From Paraspadella gotoi (lineage: Eukaryota; Animalia; Chaetognatha): a DNA stretch of 64,000 nucleotides. Under the pieces are notes generated by a model that saw nothing but the letters and a program-made list of their open reading frames with translations, did not search any database and was not told the DNA's origin. Location: positions 1,664,262 through 1,728,261 of the forward strand of contig JBJCIZ010000744.1 of NCBI GenBank assembly GCA_051294375.1, in the 5' to 3' direction. Positions 32,591 to 46,257 of this stretch are shown here, piece by piece. The position numbers were made by a program, and so were the translations under genes. Each line of letters opens with the position of its first letter. The stretch's first letter is position 1.

Positions 32591-34534
32591 ATGGACGCCG
32601 AGTGGTTTTCTCGATATTTGGCGGAAGAGGTCGCGTCCGTCGACTGGAGCGACGCTCCCCTCGACGCCGGTTTTATGAGCGCCGTTCGCAAGGTTAGGGT
32701 GACAACGAAGACCGGCGCCGTTCGCTCTCTTGTTCTCAAAAAAGTCCAGCATGATGGACCCGTCAATGACCTCGTCGCCCTCGGATGCACGAGAGAGGCC
32801 GACTTTTACAACTTTTGGGCCGAGGAATCGACGCGCGGAACCGACAAATCGACGCGCGGAACCGACAAATCATCTCTCGTTGACGAAGCTTTAGCCGACA
32901 TCCTTCCGCGAGTCTTCTTCGCGGAAAGCGACGCGACGTCGGGAGAAAAGACTCTTCTCCTGGAAGACTTGAGCGCCTATGGCGGCGTCAACTCTACTTA
33001 CTTTTTCGGTCCGGCGTCGCCGATGAATTGGACGAAGGACTTGACGTCGTTGACGGCGCCGTTTCCGGATGCGACGCCGGTGGAGATCGCGCGCCGCAGC
33101 TTCGTCGCTTTGGCGAGAATCCACGCTCGGTTTTGGGAGCGAAAGGAATTGGAAGAATTTGAGTGGTTGAGCGGAATGAAATGGAGAAAGGGAGAAGGGA
33201 AGGAAGAGTGGAAGGGATTGAAGGTAAGGAAACTCTTCATTATTGTAGTAGTACTTTAATTACTGTTATAGTACTTTAAACATTTTGTAACTTTCTAGTC
33301 GCATTAAGTTAATTTGAATATTTGGGTTTGGAAATTCTTTCTTGTTGCAAAATGATTCGCAGAATAGATACGGAGAGAACGCGCACGACTGGGATGGTGT
33401 GTTCCCCCCTCTGAGCCATTGGGATTGGGTATTTACTTCATAAAGTTGAAGATAAGGCGAAGCCTGTAACACCACGTGGTGAGATGCCCAACCGAACTGG
33501 TTTAACACAGAAAACCCGGCTGTTGCCATGGTCATTAAAAAGTTCGTCTCTCTTTCATATGATAGTTTTTGTTACTAAGTTTATATATAATTGATAAGCT
33601 TCTGAAATAATGGGAAAACTACCCCAAAAAGGAGAAATCCGCTATCCCCTTCGAAAGGATAAAATCTTGGATTGAGGCAGGAACTTACCCTCACGAGATT
33701 CCGTCGGGTCTCTTCCGATGCCTCATCTCTGCCTTCGAAGGATTCACGTGGGAAAATTTTCGAGATCAGTCGGCCAAATCCTCGTGGACTCTGATTCACG
33801 GGGATTTTCATCCAGGTAGATTATTAGATTGATTAGATTTTGTTAAATCGTCGCTCATTAATATATTTTCATATGCATGGTTAGCTTTGGCTTTACATGG
33901 TTTTGATCGACAATTTTTGCGTTTATAAAGTGGATGATAATTTCTTTAGAGATATTATTTTAGGGAAATGAAAATATTCATCCCATTCTAAAAAAAATTT
34001 AAGTGTCAAAATAGGAAAACTAAAGTGCTACAATATGCAAATTAAGTTGAAGAACTCTTTATCGAACGAGGTTGTCAAACGTTAATTTGCCGTAAATTTT
34101 TTAGCTCATCACATTCCATTTAAGAATAGCCATCCTCCCACAACCCAGGCAACGTGATGTGGTTGCCCAATGATCCATGTCTGGTGAAATTGTTCGATTG
34201 GGAATTCGTGGGTCTCGGGAGCGGACCCCTGGACCTAGGTCAGTACGTCATCTCCCACATGGACGTGGACGTTTTCGGAAAGGACGTCCACTCCGAGTTG
34301 GTCATCGCGTATTACGAGGAATTGACGAGACTTGATCCAAAAATTAGAGACTCTTATTCTTTTTCTCGCTGTTGGGAAGAGTTCGTTCACGCCGGATTTC
34401 GCCGGTGGTTGTGGATGTTGCCCACTGTGGAGACGTGGTGTCCCGAAGCGATGCCTTATTTTATTAGGCAGATGGAAGGATTTAGAAGGATTCATGGCAT
34501 TGGAGAAACATCTGTGGGATGTCCCATCGTGTAG
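32591..34534 (+). CDS. APH/EcKinase-like phosphotransferase, copy 3; exons 32591-33223, 33632-33815, 34149-34534
   Basis: Same motifs. HGDFHP|GN is split by a phase-1 intron, and there is an internal 21-bp duplication (STRGTDK x2). Confidence 0.83.
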
Positions 34535-34931
34535 TAGTGGTACTGTTTGCTCTGTGGGTCGTGATTGACATAGGAAAGGTTTTTTTTCTGGACCGGGTTT
34601 AAAAGAAGTTTTGAGGTGATTGAATGTTAAGCACTTGCAATATAAACGTTGATTGATACGCTATCGGGTTTATTAATTGTCGCTAAACAATCACAATCTT
34701 TGGAAGAGACTAACCGGCTTTGGATTTAATCGCCTTTGTCCATAATTGGCGGTGAAATGGTCCATCATTCCTTATTACTGTCACACTATCCCATCATTCC
34801 CTCGTCTTGATTTCTTTTTGAAGACAAATGTTTTGTTATCAAGTTTATTTCTAATCACTAAGTTTCTTTTTGTTATTTCTTTTTACAGCGAATTTAAAAT
34901 CAAAAAGTCTTGACTGTTGAGAAGAAAAGAA

Positions 34932-36377
34932 ATGAAGTTTGACGATATTAAACGATTTTCCGATTGCCTCCAAGAAGACGTAGTTTCCGTCTCCAGGAGC
35001 GATATGAGTTTGGACGCCGGCTTCATGAGCAAAATACAAAGCTTGTGTGTGAAACTTAAATCTGGCGACCAACTCCATCTCGTAGAGAAAGATTTCGGCA
35101 ACACCGTTGATCCCAATTATATTGAAGCGCTAGGCTGCCGAAGAGAAGCCGACTTGTACCGGAGTATTTTTCCCAACTCCGGCGCCGGGACCGTCCGGAA
35201 GTTGCCGATCGACCCCGCTTTGTCCTCCATCGTTCCCCGCGTCTATTCGGCCGAAAGCGATAAAGATTCCGGAGCGAAGAAGATCTTGATGGAGGATTTA
35301 TGCTCGATCGGGGCCGTCAACTCTTCATACTTTTTCGGTTCCGATCATCCGATTAATAAGAAGAAAGATTTGGCGAGTCTTACGGCGCCGTTTCCACTCG
35401 CCACGCCGCTAGAGATCGCGCGAATCACTTTCGTCGCTTTGGCGCAAATCCACGCTCATCATTGGCGGCGTCGGGAATTGTTGGCCATTCCATGGCTCAG
35501 CGCCGGTTGGTCTCATGAGGAGAAGAAGAAAGATTTGGAGAAGCTGCGGGTAAAAAGGGTTTGAGATTAAATTATTATTATTAATTAATCAATTATTAAA
35601 AAGAAACTGTCGCACAGTATTTATTCTTTGATCCGTTCATCCTTTATCGATATTAGTCAGAATGTTATATGGCTAAAACTTGTTAGATTTTTCAAAAGTA
35701 CTTAAGCTGTTAATGTTTAAAGCCAATCGTCATTCAACAAGCTTCCAGTATAATATTCTTATAATCCTAATGATTTCCCCGACACTCCCGTCCAGGAAAA
35801 GTGGATCGAAAACTACGTCAAAATGAAAGAAGCCGAGAAGCAACACCCGACGATCCCTTCCGCCCTCATGGACTCCCTCGACGCCGCCTCCGCCAAATTC
35901 ACGTGGAAAAACTTTTCGCGTCAATCCAGAAAGTCTCACTTCACTCTGATTCACGGAGATTTTAATCCGGGAAACGTGATGTTGATGCCCGTGGGAGACG
36001 AGAACAACAACAACTTTGATTGCAGCGTCAAATTTTTAGATTGGGAATTCGTTGGCCTCGGAAGCGGATCCATAGATTTGGGCCAATACGTCATCTCTCA
36101 CTTGGACGTCGGAAAATATGGAAAAACGGATCACGAGTACTTGATCAAAAGTTATCACGAGGAACTGATCCGTTCAAATCCCTCCATCGCCGCCGACTTT
36201 ACTTTCGATCGCTGCTGGAAGGAATTCGTCTTTTCCGGATTCCACAGGTGGTTGTGGATGTTGCCCACGTCCGTTCGGTGGTGTCCGGAAGGAAAGCCGT
36301 ACTTCGTGAAGCAGGTGGAAGGGTTTAGGAAGATGCATGGCGTCGAGAGTGCCGATGTTGGTTGCCCGATCGTTTAG
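34932..36377 (+). CDS. APH/EcKinase-like phosphotransferase, copy 4; exons 34932-35549, 35796-36377
   Basis: GCRREADLY, HGDFNPGN and LDWE; its intron position is shared with copy 3 intron 1. Confidence 0.83.
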
Positions 36378-37230
36378 CCGGGGGTTTTTTTTTCCCCATC
36401 GGGAGATTGTCGAGGTTTTAACAGAATCGGTGGAAGAATGTCCAACAGATTTTATATTTTTATAAAATGATTCATCTATGGTCTACATCTTGTAAAACGA
36501 ATGAGGAGATTCTCTGTTGGCGAATCAAAACCAATCATCTTGAAAATCAATGCTTGATCGCTGCTCTGACTCCAATCAATGCTTGGACTTTATTAACTTA
36601 ATTTCTAACTGTGATCGAACGTTTTAACCAATTGACCAGAGCGCTTATCATTTTCTCTATCATATTACACTATCATCGAAGGTGGAATCTAAACCAAGGA
36701 ATCGAATCGGATTCTTATCGGAATCAAACCGGATCGGAGACTCGGATGAAATCAACCAAGAACTCACTGATTGGATGAATCACCTCTGGAATCGACCAAT
36801 GAGAAGAGGGGCTTCATGCCGCCGGGAAAATAGCCCATGTCGATGATCCGAGGGCTCTGTATAAATACTGACCATTTTCTGTATCGATTCAATCTGCCTG
36901 TAAACTCTCACACCGTTCTTTGCTTGTAAAATATTTGACAATAAATTCCACCTTGGTTTCATGTTGAAATCGCTGTCTACTTACTTAAATGCTATTTACA
37001 TCTTATGATATTTATAAAAGACAATTTACTCGTATTTAATTCGTGATTACATATCCTCGATTGAATTTACACTTCGTTGACTTGTTTTACAGATTTAGCG
37101 TTCAACCCAGATGATAACTGACAATATTAAAGTAAAACCGATTCGTCTGTTTTTTCAAAAAAATGCGAAAACCAAACTAAAAAAAAAAAAAGTCGGTTTT
37201 GATTAAAAAAAAAACAAAACAATAAACGCC

Positions 37231-39443
37231 ATGTCCTCCACGATCGACCCCGAAGAGTACAGCCTCTTCAACCTGATGCAGCGATCCTTCGCCGCCTCCG
37301 CCTGGCGCACCTTCGAGTCGCTCGTCCACTCTCGTCGCCCCTTCGACGCCCCCGTCGAGGCCGTCGTCGACTTGGGCTGCGGAACCGGGGAAGTCACGAG
37401 GCGTTTGGCGATGAAGTTCGCGGAGATCAACGCCGGTGGAGGAAAAGCGAAGGTGGGGTGAGTGGAATGAGCGTTGGGTCAGGGATCGTGGGTAGGTTGT
37501 GGATTATTTCGTGAGGGCGGGATTGTGGAGAGGTTGTGGCTTTTCGTGGGAATTACGGAGAGATTGTGGTTTATTTTGTTAAGGGGGAAATTGTGGAGAG
37601 ATTTTTTTTTGGGGGGGGGGAATTTTGGCTTCTGGCTAAACACCTAAGACGGATTTAAGGCCATTTTTAGCCGGATCTGTTTACAGCAGATCCCGGCTCT
37701 ATAATTCACTTTGATGATCGATTAATTTATAATTTTATCCAATTCTCATTATTTTCCCCGAAATTTCTCCTCTTCTCAGTTTTGCCCCCAAATTCGTCGT
37801 CGGCATCGACATCTCCGCCGACGCCGTCAAATTTTGCCGATCGCGAATTTCCGGCGCCGATAATGACTCCGCTGATGCTGCAGCCGTCGCCGCCCCGACG
37901 CGCTTCGAATTCGTCGAGGCCGACATGAGCGCCGCCTCTTCGCTTCCGGCCTCGTTGACGGCGCGCTTCGACGCCGCCACATCTTTCTGCGCCGCTCATT
38001 GGGTCGAGGATCAGCGGAGGGTGTTGAAGAGTCTTCGGAAATGTCTGAAGGACGGAGGGGTGTTCCTGCTGTTGGCGCCGACGGACGTGGAGGAAATCTT
38101 CGTCAAAGGTTTCTCATTCTTTTCATACAATTGAAACATTCTTTGAAATATTATACCACTTCATTGATAGGGAAGCCAGGTACTCTGGGAGTGAATAAAC
38201 GAGACTGTGAGTCTTGATTGAAAGCTTGCAGGGATCTGCTATATCATTGTCTTGTAAGAGTGATGGAGGCCTTAAACCACCAAAGTCTGTCCAAAGTCAG
38301 GGGCAAGATAGCTTATTTATTAAATGAATGGATAATTTTTATATTGATTGTACCAATTTAATAGTAGACGATATCTCCTCTTTCCTCCCCTTTCAGTAAC
38401 CGCTGTGATGAAAGAGAGATGGCATGCCCACCTTTCTTCCGTTGATCTCTCTGCCAGCATGACCCCCGGTCTGGCTTGCCTTCATCCCTGGGGTCGGCCA
38501 GACCCAGCGCAAGGCTTTGCCGATATGGCCGTCGACGAGGGGTTCGAGGTTGGTTCGAGGTTGGATTCAGTTTATAGAAAGAAAAATGGTAACAACGTAT
38601 TTCTGTTTACAGGTCTTGCATTCGTCCGTGGAGAGATATCGCTACGAGACGGACGAGGAGGGGTTGAAAGGTTTGATGAAGGTAATGTTTGATTAAGGTT
38701 GTTGCTTAGAGTAATAAGGGAAGAAAATGTGATGGGAATTTGGTTGAGATTGATTTTTGGCAGTGATGACACAAACCAGGTCCAGTGTGAGTTAATAAAC
38801 TGGACGGATGAATGAAATGATTGAAAGGCCTTAACTCACCATAGCCTGTCCAAAGCCAGGGGGCAAGATAGCTTACGAACTAACCGGTAAATTTTATGAA
38901 ATTGGTACAACCAATATAAAAATTATCCATTCATTTAATAAATAAGCTATCTTGCCCCTGACTTTAGACAGGCCTCCATCACTCTTACAAGATAATAACA
39001 TGGCAGGTTCCTGTAAGCTTTCAATCAAGACTATCTCACAGTCTCGTTTATTCACTTCCAGAGTACCTGGCTTCCCTATCAATGAAGTGGTATAATTGTA
39101 TGAAAAGACCACTCCCTTGAGTATTAGATCAGGGAATACTATATTGTAATCCGCCATTATTATTGTACCTTCCTAGGCGCTGAGTCCGATGCTGAAAACA
39201 ATTCCTCAAGAGTCGAGGCAGAACTTCATCTCCGAATATTTGGAGGAGTTCAAAGCACAAAATCAACGGAGGGAGGAAGAGGAAGAAGAAAAGGAGGAAG
39301 AGGAAGAAGAAAAGGAGGAAGAGGAAGAAGAAAAGGAGGAAGAGGAGGCTAAGACGAGAAAAGTCGTTTTGAGACAAAACGTTCTCGTCGTCGTCGGGAA
39401 AAAAAATTGTGAAAGCGCCGATTCCAACGCGATCGCCATTTGA
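37231..39443 (+). CDS. JHAMT-like SAM-dependent methyltransferase, copy 2; exons 37231-37457, 37780-38108, 38397-38548, 38613-38681, 39177-39443
   Basis: VVDLGCGTG, VVGIDIS, FDAATSFCAAHWV-DQ, LK-GG and ALSPMLK-IP-E-R-FI-EY, with a poly-Glu insert near the C-terminus. Splice phases are consistent. Confidence 0.83.
38118..38360 (+). mobile_element. Dispersed repeat family copy filling most of methyltransferase-2 intron 2
   Basis: High identity to 7103-7315. Confidence 0.88.
38894..39150 (-). mobile_element. Dispersed repeat family copy in methyltransferase-2 intron 4 (a + strand fragment lies at ~38820-38875)
   Basis: Reverse complement of 38118-38360. Confidence 0.88.
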
Positions 39444-40023
39444 AGGAAACTAATCATTTTCGCTTCATTAATTCCATCGGGTTTTTTTTTTTTTTAAATT
39501 TTAAATATCCAAACTTGATTATTAATCAAAACTTTTGACGATATTTTAGCTTATCCCAGTCATTATATTCCCTTTACTACAAGCGCTGTGTGGCCTTTCT
39601 TTGGGGTCCAGTCTTTTTTTATCGTTGTCTTTTGGGCTTTTGAAATGTTAAAAATAATGATATGTTATTAAAAATTTTTAAAATTGACAAAAACGCTGAC
39701 AATTTATCGGAGTCTTGTTCCAGCGATAATTACTTTACAAATGGCCGAGACCAAAGTGGACGATCCACTCGCATATAATTGCAAAAATAACTGGTTTTTT
39801 GGTCTTTCATGAATTTTTTGAAAATTTTGTATCTGTTAAATTAAAATTGTTAAAATTGAATTTACTCTGATTTCACTGTTTTACCTTTTTTACTCTTGAC
39901 GATAAGCCAATCAACAAATTATTTGGATTTCACAGTTGCCAGGTTAATCCAAGTTAATTTTAATTTATATTTATGATAAATAATTATCCCAACCAATACA
40001 TCCGTTTCCCGCGCTTTTTAAAG

Positions 40024-43000
40024 ATGGCGTCCTCGTCGGCACCCGACGATCCCCTCGCCCTCAAGCGGGAGATTCAAGACCTGAAGAGAAAAAACGCCCA
40101 ACTTAATGTCGGAGAGGAAAATTTGAAGGTGGCCGTCAAGAAACTCAAGGATTCCAATTCGGAAAAGGAGAATCAAATTCGTCGACTGGAAATGGAGATG
40201 GAAGATCTGAGTTGCGGACGAGAAAAGCTCAACAAATTGGACAAGACCGTCAAAGACCTCAAAGTCAGTCTTAAGGAGGGGGGGTGGCTTTTATGGCACA
40301 ATTTACTGTATCCCTAAATGTAATTTTAATCTTATATTTGCGCATATTTTTTCAAAAGCCCGGTCCTTTTTAAAATTGGCAAACCTTTTTTAATTCTGAA
40401 TTTAACTTTAAGCTTAAATAAGGCGATAATGATTAGTGAATAAATGGCCACCCCTATGAGACGTAGCGTAGAGACGAGACGCTTTTCGTCTGCTCCTTCA
40501 TTTTTACTATAAACATCACAATAAAAAATTATTTTTAAGAATGTAAAGTTAGAACTACGTTAGAAGTACGTTGTAAAAATGACTCGTCTTTTAATAGAGA
40601 AAAGCTAAAAACATAAACGGTAATTGTTTGGTAAAATTTTTAAATTTATTATAAAAGAAAGACTGATTGAAAGCTGAAGTTATTTAATATTATCGATTAT
40701 TTTTTGTTACGAAGGTTCAAAACGAGAATTTGGTTCAATCGAACCTCAAAATGAAGGAAAAGATGAAAGAGAAAGAGTTGGAAACGGAAAGCCTCAAAGC
40801 GGAGAAGGAAGAAACTCTGGATCAAATCCGTCGCCTCGAGAGAAAAGCGGAAATGTCCGAACGAAACCTTCGCCTCCAGGTAGCGCTTCCCGACCCCATT
40901 ACAATTTTTAATGGGGAATTACATTTTTTAAAAACTTTATTGTCGGTATATAAGTGGTTTTTTTTTCAATAATGTTCAAAGTGAATAATTTACTGATTAA
41001 AATTATTATTAAATTTGCTAAATTACTTAGTTTTAGATGAATTTTTAATCTATTTACTTAATGTAATTGTATCATAAAGGGGAGATGGATTTTAATGTTG
41101 TCTTTTGGAAATCTACAAGTAGTTAAAAATATTTTTTCTTTAGGTTTACAATTGGATATTAAACATCGTTTTAGTTAATAAGTTATATTATTATAAAATG
41201 CAATCTGCCTTTCCCTTACCCACCATTTTTACTCCAGGAGCAAAAAGTCCGTGAGATGTCCGACCAGAATTCTCTCGTCAAAAGAAAAGAAAAGGAAAAG
41301 TCTGAAGGAGCCGCTTCCGAACTCGCCACGATGGCCAAAGCCTTGGATGACGCCAAACGCGGACGAGAATCTTGGCTCAAGGAGATGGAGGAGACGAAGA
41401 ACAAACTCTCCGTCGGCGAACAGCTTCGTCGAGATCTCGAAGAAAAACTCCGCCTCGCCGAAGGGCAGAGGGTGGAAGCGGAGGAGAAAGCTGGAAGCGT
41501 TGAGGTCGAAGCCAAGCGGAAGTTGGAAGAGATGGAGGCGGAGTTGAAGAAAGAGACTTTTGCCAAAGAAGCCTTGGAGGCGAAGCTTAAGAATCAGGAA
41601 GCGAAGATGAGAGACGTCGGGTCGAGAGTCGTCGATTCGGAAAAGAAGGAAGAGGAAGCGAAACGCGAACTGGACGCGGTACGGAGAGAGAAAGAAGACG
41701 TTGCCGATTCCTTGGAGAGAGCGTTGGTGGATAAAAATAACCTCGACACCGAGTGCGACCGATTAAAGTCGGAGATTCGATTGTCGAGAGAGAGAGTCAA
41801 AGAGTTGGAGGAAGACGCGGCGAAAATGTCGGCGAAGATCGAATCTACTTCCGTGGCCGAATCGACCGGCGAGAAGCTGGTCGAGGACCTGCGAAATAAA
41901 AGCGGTTGCTTGGCGCGAGAGTTGGAGAAGAGAAAGCAGCTTGCGTCCGATCTGGAATCGAGAAACGCTCTTCTTCAGAAAACTCTGGACGAGAACGAGG
42001 CTAAATACAAAAACGAACAACAAAGACAAAAGTCGAACGTCGCCGAATTGAAACACAAGTGCGACATTCAAAAACAGATAATCGAGGATCAGGAGGCGAA
42101 AGTGACGAAGCTGGTCGGCGGTCTCGAAGCCAGCGTGGCCGAGACTAAGAAGGCCAAGGATAAACTCGCCGAAGTCAAGCGGAAGCATCGAGAGTCGTCG
42201 TCTCGCGCGGAATCGCTCGTCGTCGATTGCGAAAACTTGCGCGGCGAAGCGCGGTCGCTGAAGGAGAAATTGGAGTCGCTGAAGGCGACCGTCGAGGCTC
42301 AAAGGTTGGAGCTGCAAACCAGAGATTCTAAGATGAGCGAAGCGGATGAATGCGCGAGGGTTGAGAAGGAAAAGGGAGAGAGGGAAGTTTCGCTCTTGAA
42401 GGATTTGGTCGAGTCGTGGAAAAAATCCGCGGGCGACAAAGACGCCCGGCTCGATCGATTGAAGAAGGACGTGGAGGAAATCAACGAGGCGCTCGAGACT
42501 GCGACAAGAGAAGGGGAGAAGGAGAAGCGGGAGATCTCCGTCTTGAAGGTTCAACTCGAAAATACGACGAGAAGAAACGAAGATATGAAGGCGGAAATGG
42601 AGGGACTGCGGAACGAGGCTCGAGACAATGCGAATGGAAATGAAATTATTCGGGAAAAGTTGGAAACCGCGGAATCGGAACTCGCTGCTCTTCGATCCGA
42701 CAAGGAATCGGAGGTTGAGCAATTGCGAGCGGCCGTTTCTCAGTTGGAGAATAAGTTGGAGATTCAATTAAAGGTTATGGAAGAAAATAAAGTGGAGAAG
42801 GAAAAGCTGTTGAAGAGTTTAGAGGAAATGGAGCAGAAGACAATTGCGGCGGAAAAAGAAATCTCGAGTCGATCGACGAGTCAAGAAAACGCGACGAAGA
42901 TGACCGAAAATCTTAAAGGAAAACTGGTTGATAGAGATGCGGAATTGAGCTTAGTAAAAAAGATTTTGGAGGAGGAAAGCGACGCAAAGAAGGTTCTTAA

Positions 43001-44522
43001 GAAGCAGAATGATGAGCTCAAAGAAACCATCAAACGAGATGAGGACAAGGCTAATTCCCTGATCGCCAATTTAAAAGCCAAGCAAGAAGAGATGAAGGGA
43101 GAAATGAAAACTCATCTCGACGAAAAAGCCGCTTTGAACAAACGTTTGGTCAAACTTCAGTTTGAAAGGGACACGTTCGAAGAAGATTCGGAAACTTGGA
43201 AGGAAAAGATGGACAATCTCGTCTTGGAAAATACGAATTTGAAGGAGAAAAATGTGGCTATGGGAGCCGAAAATGAAGCTCATCGAAAGGAAATCGCGGC
43301 TTTGAGCGGGAAACTCGAGAGTTTGGAAGACGAAAGCGGAAACTCGGCGGCGGCGATGTCTAACTTAAAAAGCAAAAGCGAAGACATCATCGCCGAACTG
43401 AAGAACCAGCTTCGACTCGCTAGCGAAAGGATGGACGAAAAATGTAGGGAAATGAAAGAATTGGAAATGTCTTTGTCCTCCGCTCGAGAGGAAAAGAATG
43501 TAATGGAAATGGAAAAGAAAGAAAGGAATGAGAAATTAACGAATCTGAAGGAAGAACGAGATTGTCTCAAAGCGGGGAGAGAGAATGAAGAGAGTAGGGT
43601 GGAGGAAATTAAAAATCGACTCGACGTCGCCAACAAAATTGTGGAAGAGAAAGAGAATCGAATCTTGGAATTGAATTCTCGACTGGAGGAAGAACGAGAA
43701 ACGAAGAGAAACGAGATGGAGAAATCGCGAACCCAACTTCAACGACTGACGGACTCGTTGAAAACTCTGCGAGATGAGAAGCGTCGAATCGATAAAGATT
43801 TGATGGAGGCGAATCGAAGTTCGAGCCTCGCTTTCGAAGAGAAAGAATCCTCGTTGGATTTTAAGAAAAAGACGGAAGAAGAGAATCGAGAGTTGAAGTC
43901 ATCGATCGAAGAGTTGAAATCTAAAAACGAAAGTTTGACCCGAGAAGTCAAAGGATTGAGAAAAGATAAAAATCGGCTCGACGAAGAATTGGAAAATTTG
44001 AACGAAGTCGTCGCGACGGAAAAGTCAGAACTGGAAAACAAAATCAGTTCTAAGAAGGAAGACGTCGATGAATTGAAAATTAAATGCAGCCGGTTGAAGG
44101 AAGAGTTGACGATGGCGAACAACGCCCGTCGCGAAATGACGGCCGAGTTGGATCTAACGAAAGAAGAATTGGATCGACATCGAACCAAAAATTCCGATCT
44201 TCAGTCGGAGAGAAACGAGATCGAGGTCAAATACACAAACGCCTTCGACGAAATACGCGACTGCAAAGAACAAATGGATCGCGTCAAAGCGAAATTGTCG
44301 GCGTCGGAAGAAGAAAGAATAAAACTCGAAGAGACGAATCAACTTTTAACAGAAAAATACGAGAAGAAAAAGAGACGAATGCACGAAGCGTTGGAGTCTC
44401 AAAGCGAGACGCCGGAGAAGGCGACCAAGAGAAAGCTGGCGACGGAGACCGTGAGCCCTGTCAAAATGGCCAAAGGGAATCCGCTTTCTAACATCATCAA
44501 CAGTCCCGATTGTTCAAAGTGA
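40024..44522 (+). CDS. Long coiled-coil protein (~1,230 aa); exons 40024-40263, 40715-40879, 41238-44522
   Basis: E/K/L-rich heptad sequence almost free of Pro until a short tail (TPEK, KRK, SPVK). All introns are phase 0. Confidence 0.8.
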
Positions 44523-44528
44523 TCCATA

Positions 44529-44940
44529 TTCGTTTTGTTTTGTTTTTTTTTCATTCCTTATATCATACTCTATACTGTATACATTTTTTTTGGAAGGGTT
44601 TATAGGGAACATGAAAAAAACTGTTACTCTTGCAAAAATATTATGACGTTATTTTTATCGTAATTTTTATTTTTACTCGGCGGATATTTTTTAGTCGGAT
44701 CTGCTTATCAGCAGCAAATTCGTTTGTTTTTTTCATTCCTTATACATACTCTATACAATTTTTTTTTGAAAGGTTTATAGGGCAGATGAAAAAAACTGTT
44801 ACTTTTGAAAAAATATTATTACGTTATTTTTATCTCGGAATAAGTTTTTGGTGACAAACAACCAAAAACTGTTTTTCCTAAATTCCGAAACGCAACAAAC
44901 TTTTATCATAATTTTTATTTTTACTCGGCGGATATTTTTT
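44529..44940. repeat. Imperfect tandem duplication (~190-bp unit) 3' of the coiled-coil gene
   Basis: ttcattccttata…ggtttataggg…atgaaaaaaactgttact…ttatttttatc recurs, and taatttttatttttactcggcggatattttt occurs twice. Confidence 0.8.
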
Positions 44941-45189
44941 AAAAAACTACTCCATTCGGAATTCCATAAAACTAAAAGAGTAGTTTGATTCATTGTATAT
45001 TTTTATTATTGCCATTCACCAACTGCCTTCTTTTTTATTTAGATATATAGATGTAGAATTGATGAATATTACGGAGTTTCGAAAAAGAAACAAACAAGAA
45101 AATCAAATCAAATATATATTTTTTAACGAATTGAGAATTCAATTAGAGAAGGATTACAATTAATGAACTTGGACTCTAGCGGGAGACGT

Positions 45190-45283
45190 TGTCGGCGCGA
45201 GGAAAGGCAACGAGTCGGCAACGAGTCGGCAACGAGTCGGCAACGAGTCGGCAACGAGTCGGCGCGAGGAAAGGCAACGAGTC
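45190..45283. repeat. 11-bp minisatellite (GGCAACGAGTC)n
   Basis: About 6 visible copies, with two gcgaggaaa interruptions. Confidence 0.9.
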
Positions 45284-46086
45284 ATTTTCGCCTCATTATT
45301 TTCTATATACAAACTCTGATCTTTTTTCTTTTCTTTGGGGGGGGGGGCGACAGCATTTAATTGGTGGTTTATTGATGTATTAGTTCGATGTTTGTGATGA
45401 ATAATAGGTTTAGGAGTATACGTCGTTCTTAGAGATCGAGGAAGACATCTGTTCAATGAGATTTTCGTTCAAATCTGACTACCAAACAATATAAACGCTC
45501 CTGGTAAAAATTCTTGGTAAAAATCGATGTAAAAACACTTGATTCCGATCCTGTTGCATCTGAAGGGCCGCATTTTTTTTCTCTTGTTAAATCATCATCA
45601 TCTTGATATCAAACAAGCCAGAACAAATAGACTGCTTCTCGATGGAAAATTTTCCATCTCTGATTTTATATAGAAATGAAAGGGATTTTTTTCTTTGAAA
45701 ACGATATAAAACGTGACTGAGGTATTTTCTGTTTAACAAATGAGGTCTAATTTTGGAATCCTTTGGCAAAGTGTCTGAAGGGCTCTCAAAATTTTTCTTT
45801 ACATTTTATTTGGTTGTTTTGATATGATACGATCATGGTAAAGTGAATTAGTCCATTTTGGTGAAATTTTTATTTAAAGTAAAGTAAAAGAGGAGCTAAC
45901 AATCGGAATTTTAAGAGTTTTCAACCGGGAGTCAGATTCTGGAAAAATCTTCTATGGCGAAAATCTTCCAAAGAAGGGGTGGATTTTCCAAAGATTTTGG
46001 TTAATATTTTCTATATTTATGGTTGGATTTTTTTGAAACTTAATATTATATTATTTCCTTTCTTTTTCGTTGTATTTAATTATTTA

Positions 46087-46257
46087 GAGAAAACAAAGTT
46101 TGTTTGTTTGTAAACAACGATTTTTATTCACAATTGGGACATGTTTCGGCTCTTGCTTTACCTTCATCAGCGCTGATGAAGGCTTAAAGGCAAAGCCGAA
46201 ACATGTCCAATTGTGAATAAAAATCGTTGTTTACAAACAAACAAACTTTGTTTTCTC
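46087..46257. ncRNA. 171-bp palindrome carrying Penelope-type minimal hammerhead ribozyme cores on both strands
   Basis: + strand: CTGATGA (46173-79), stem II GGCTT…AAGCC, GAAA, CATGTC. − strand: CTGATGAAGG…GCCGAAACATGTC. The arms are near-perfect reverse complements around 46171/46172. Confidence 0.7.

Noticed and set aside
41594-44342. Long minus-strand ORFs opposite the coiled-coil gene (and similar ones opposite TAF5 and DUF885)
   Set aside because: Antisense shadows of biased codon usage, with no motifs or splice structure.
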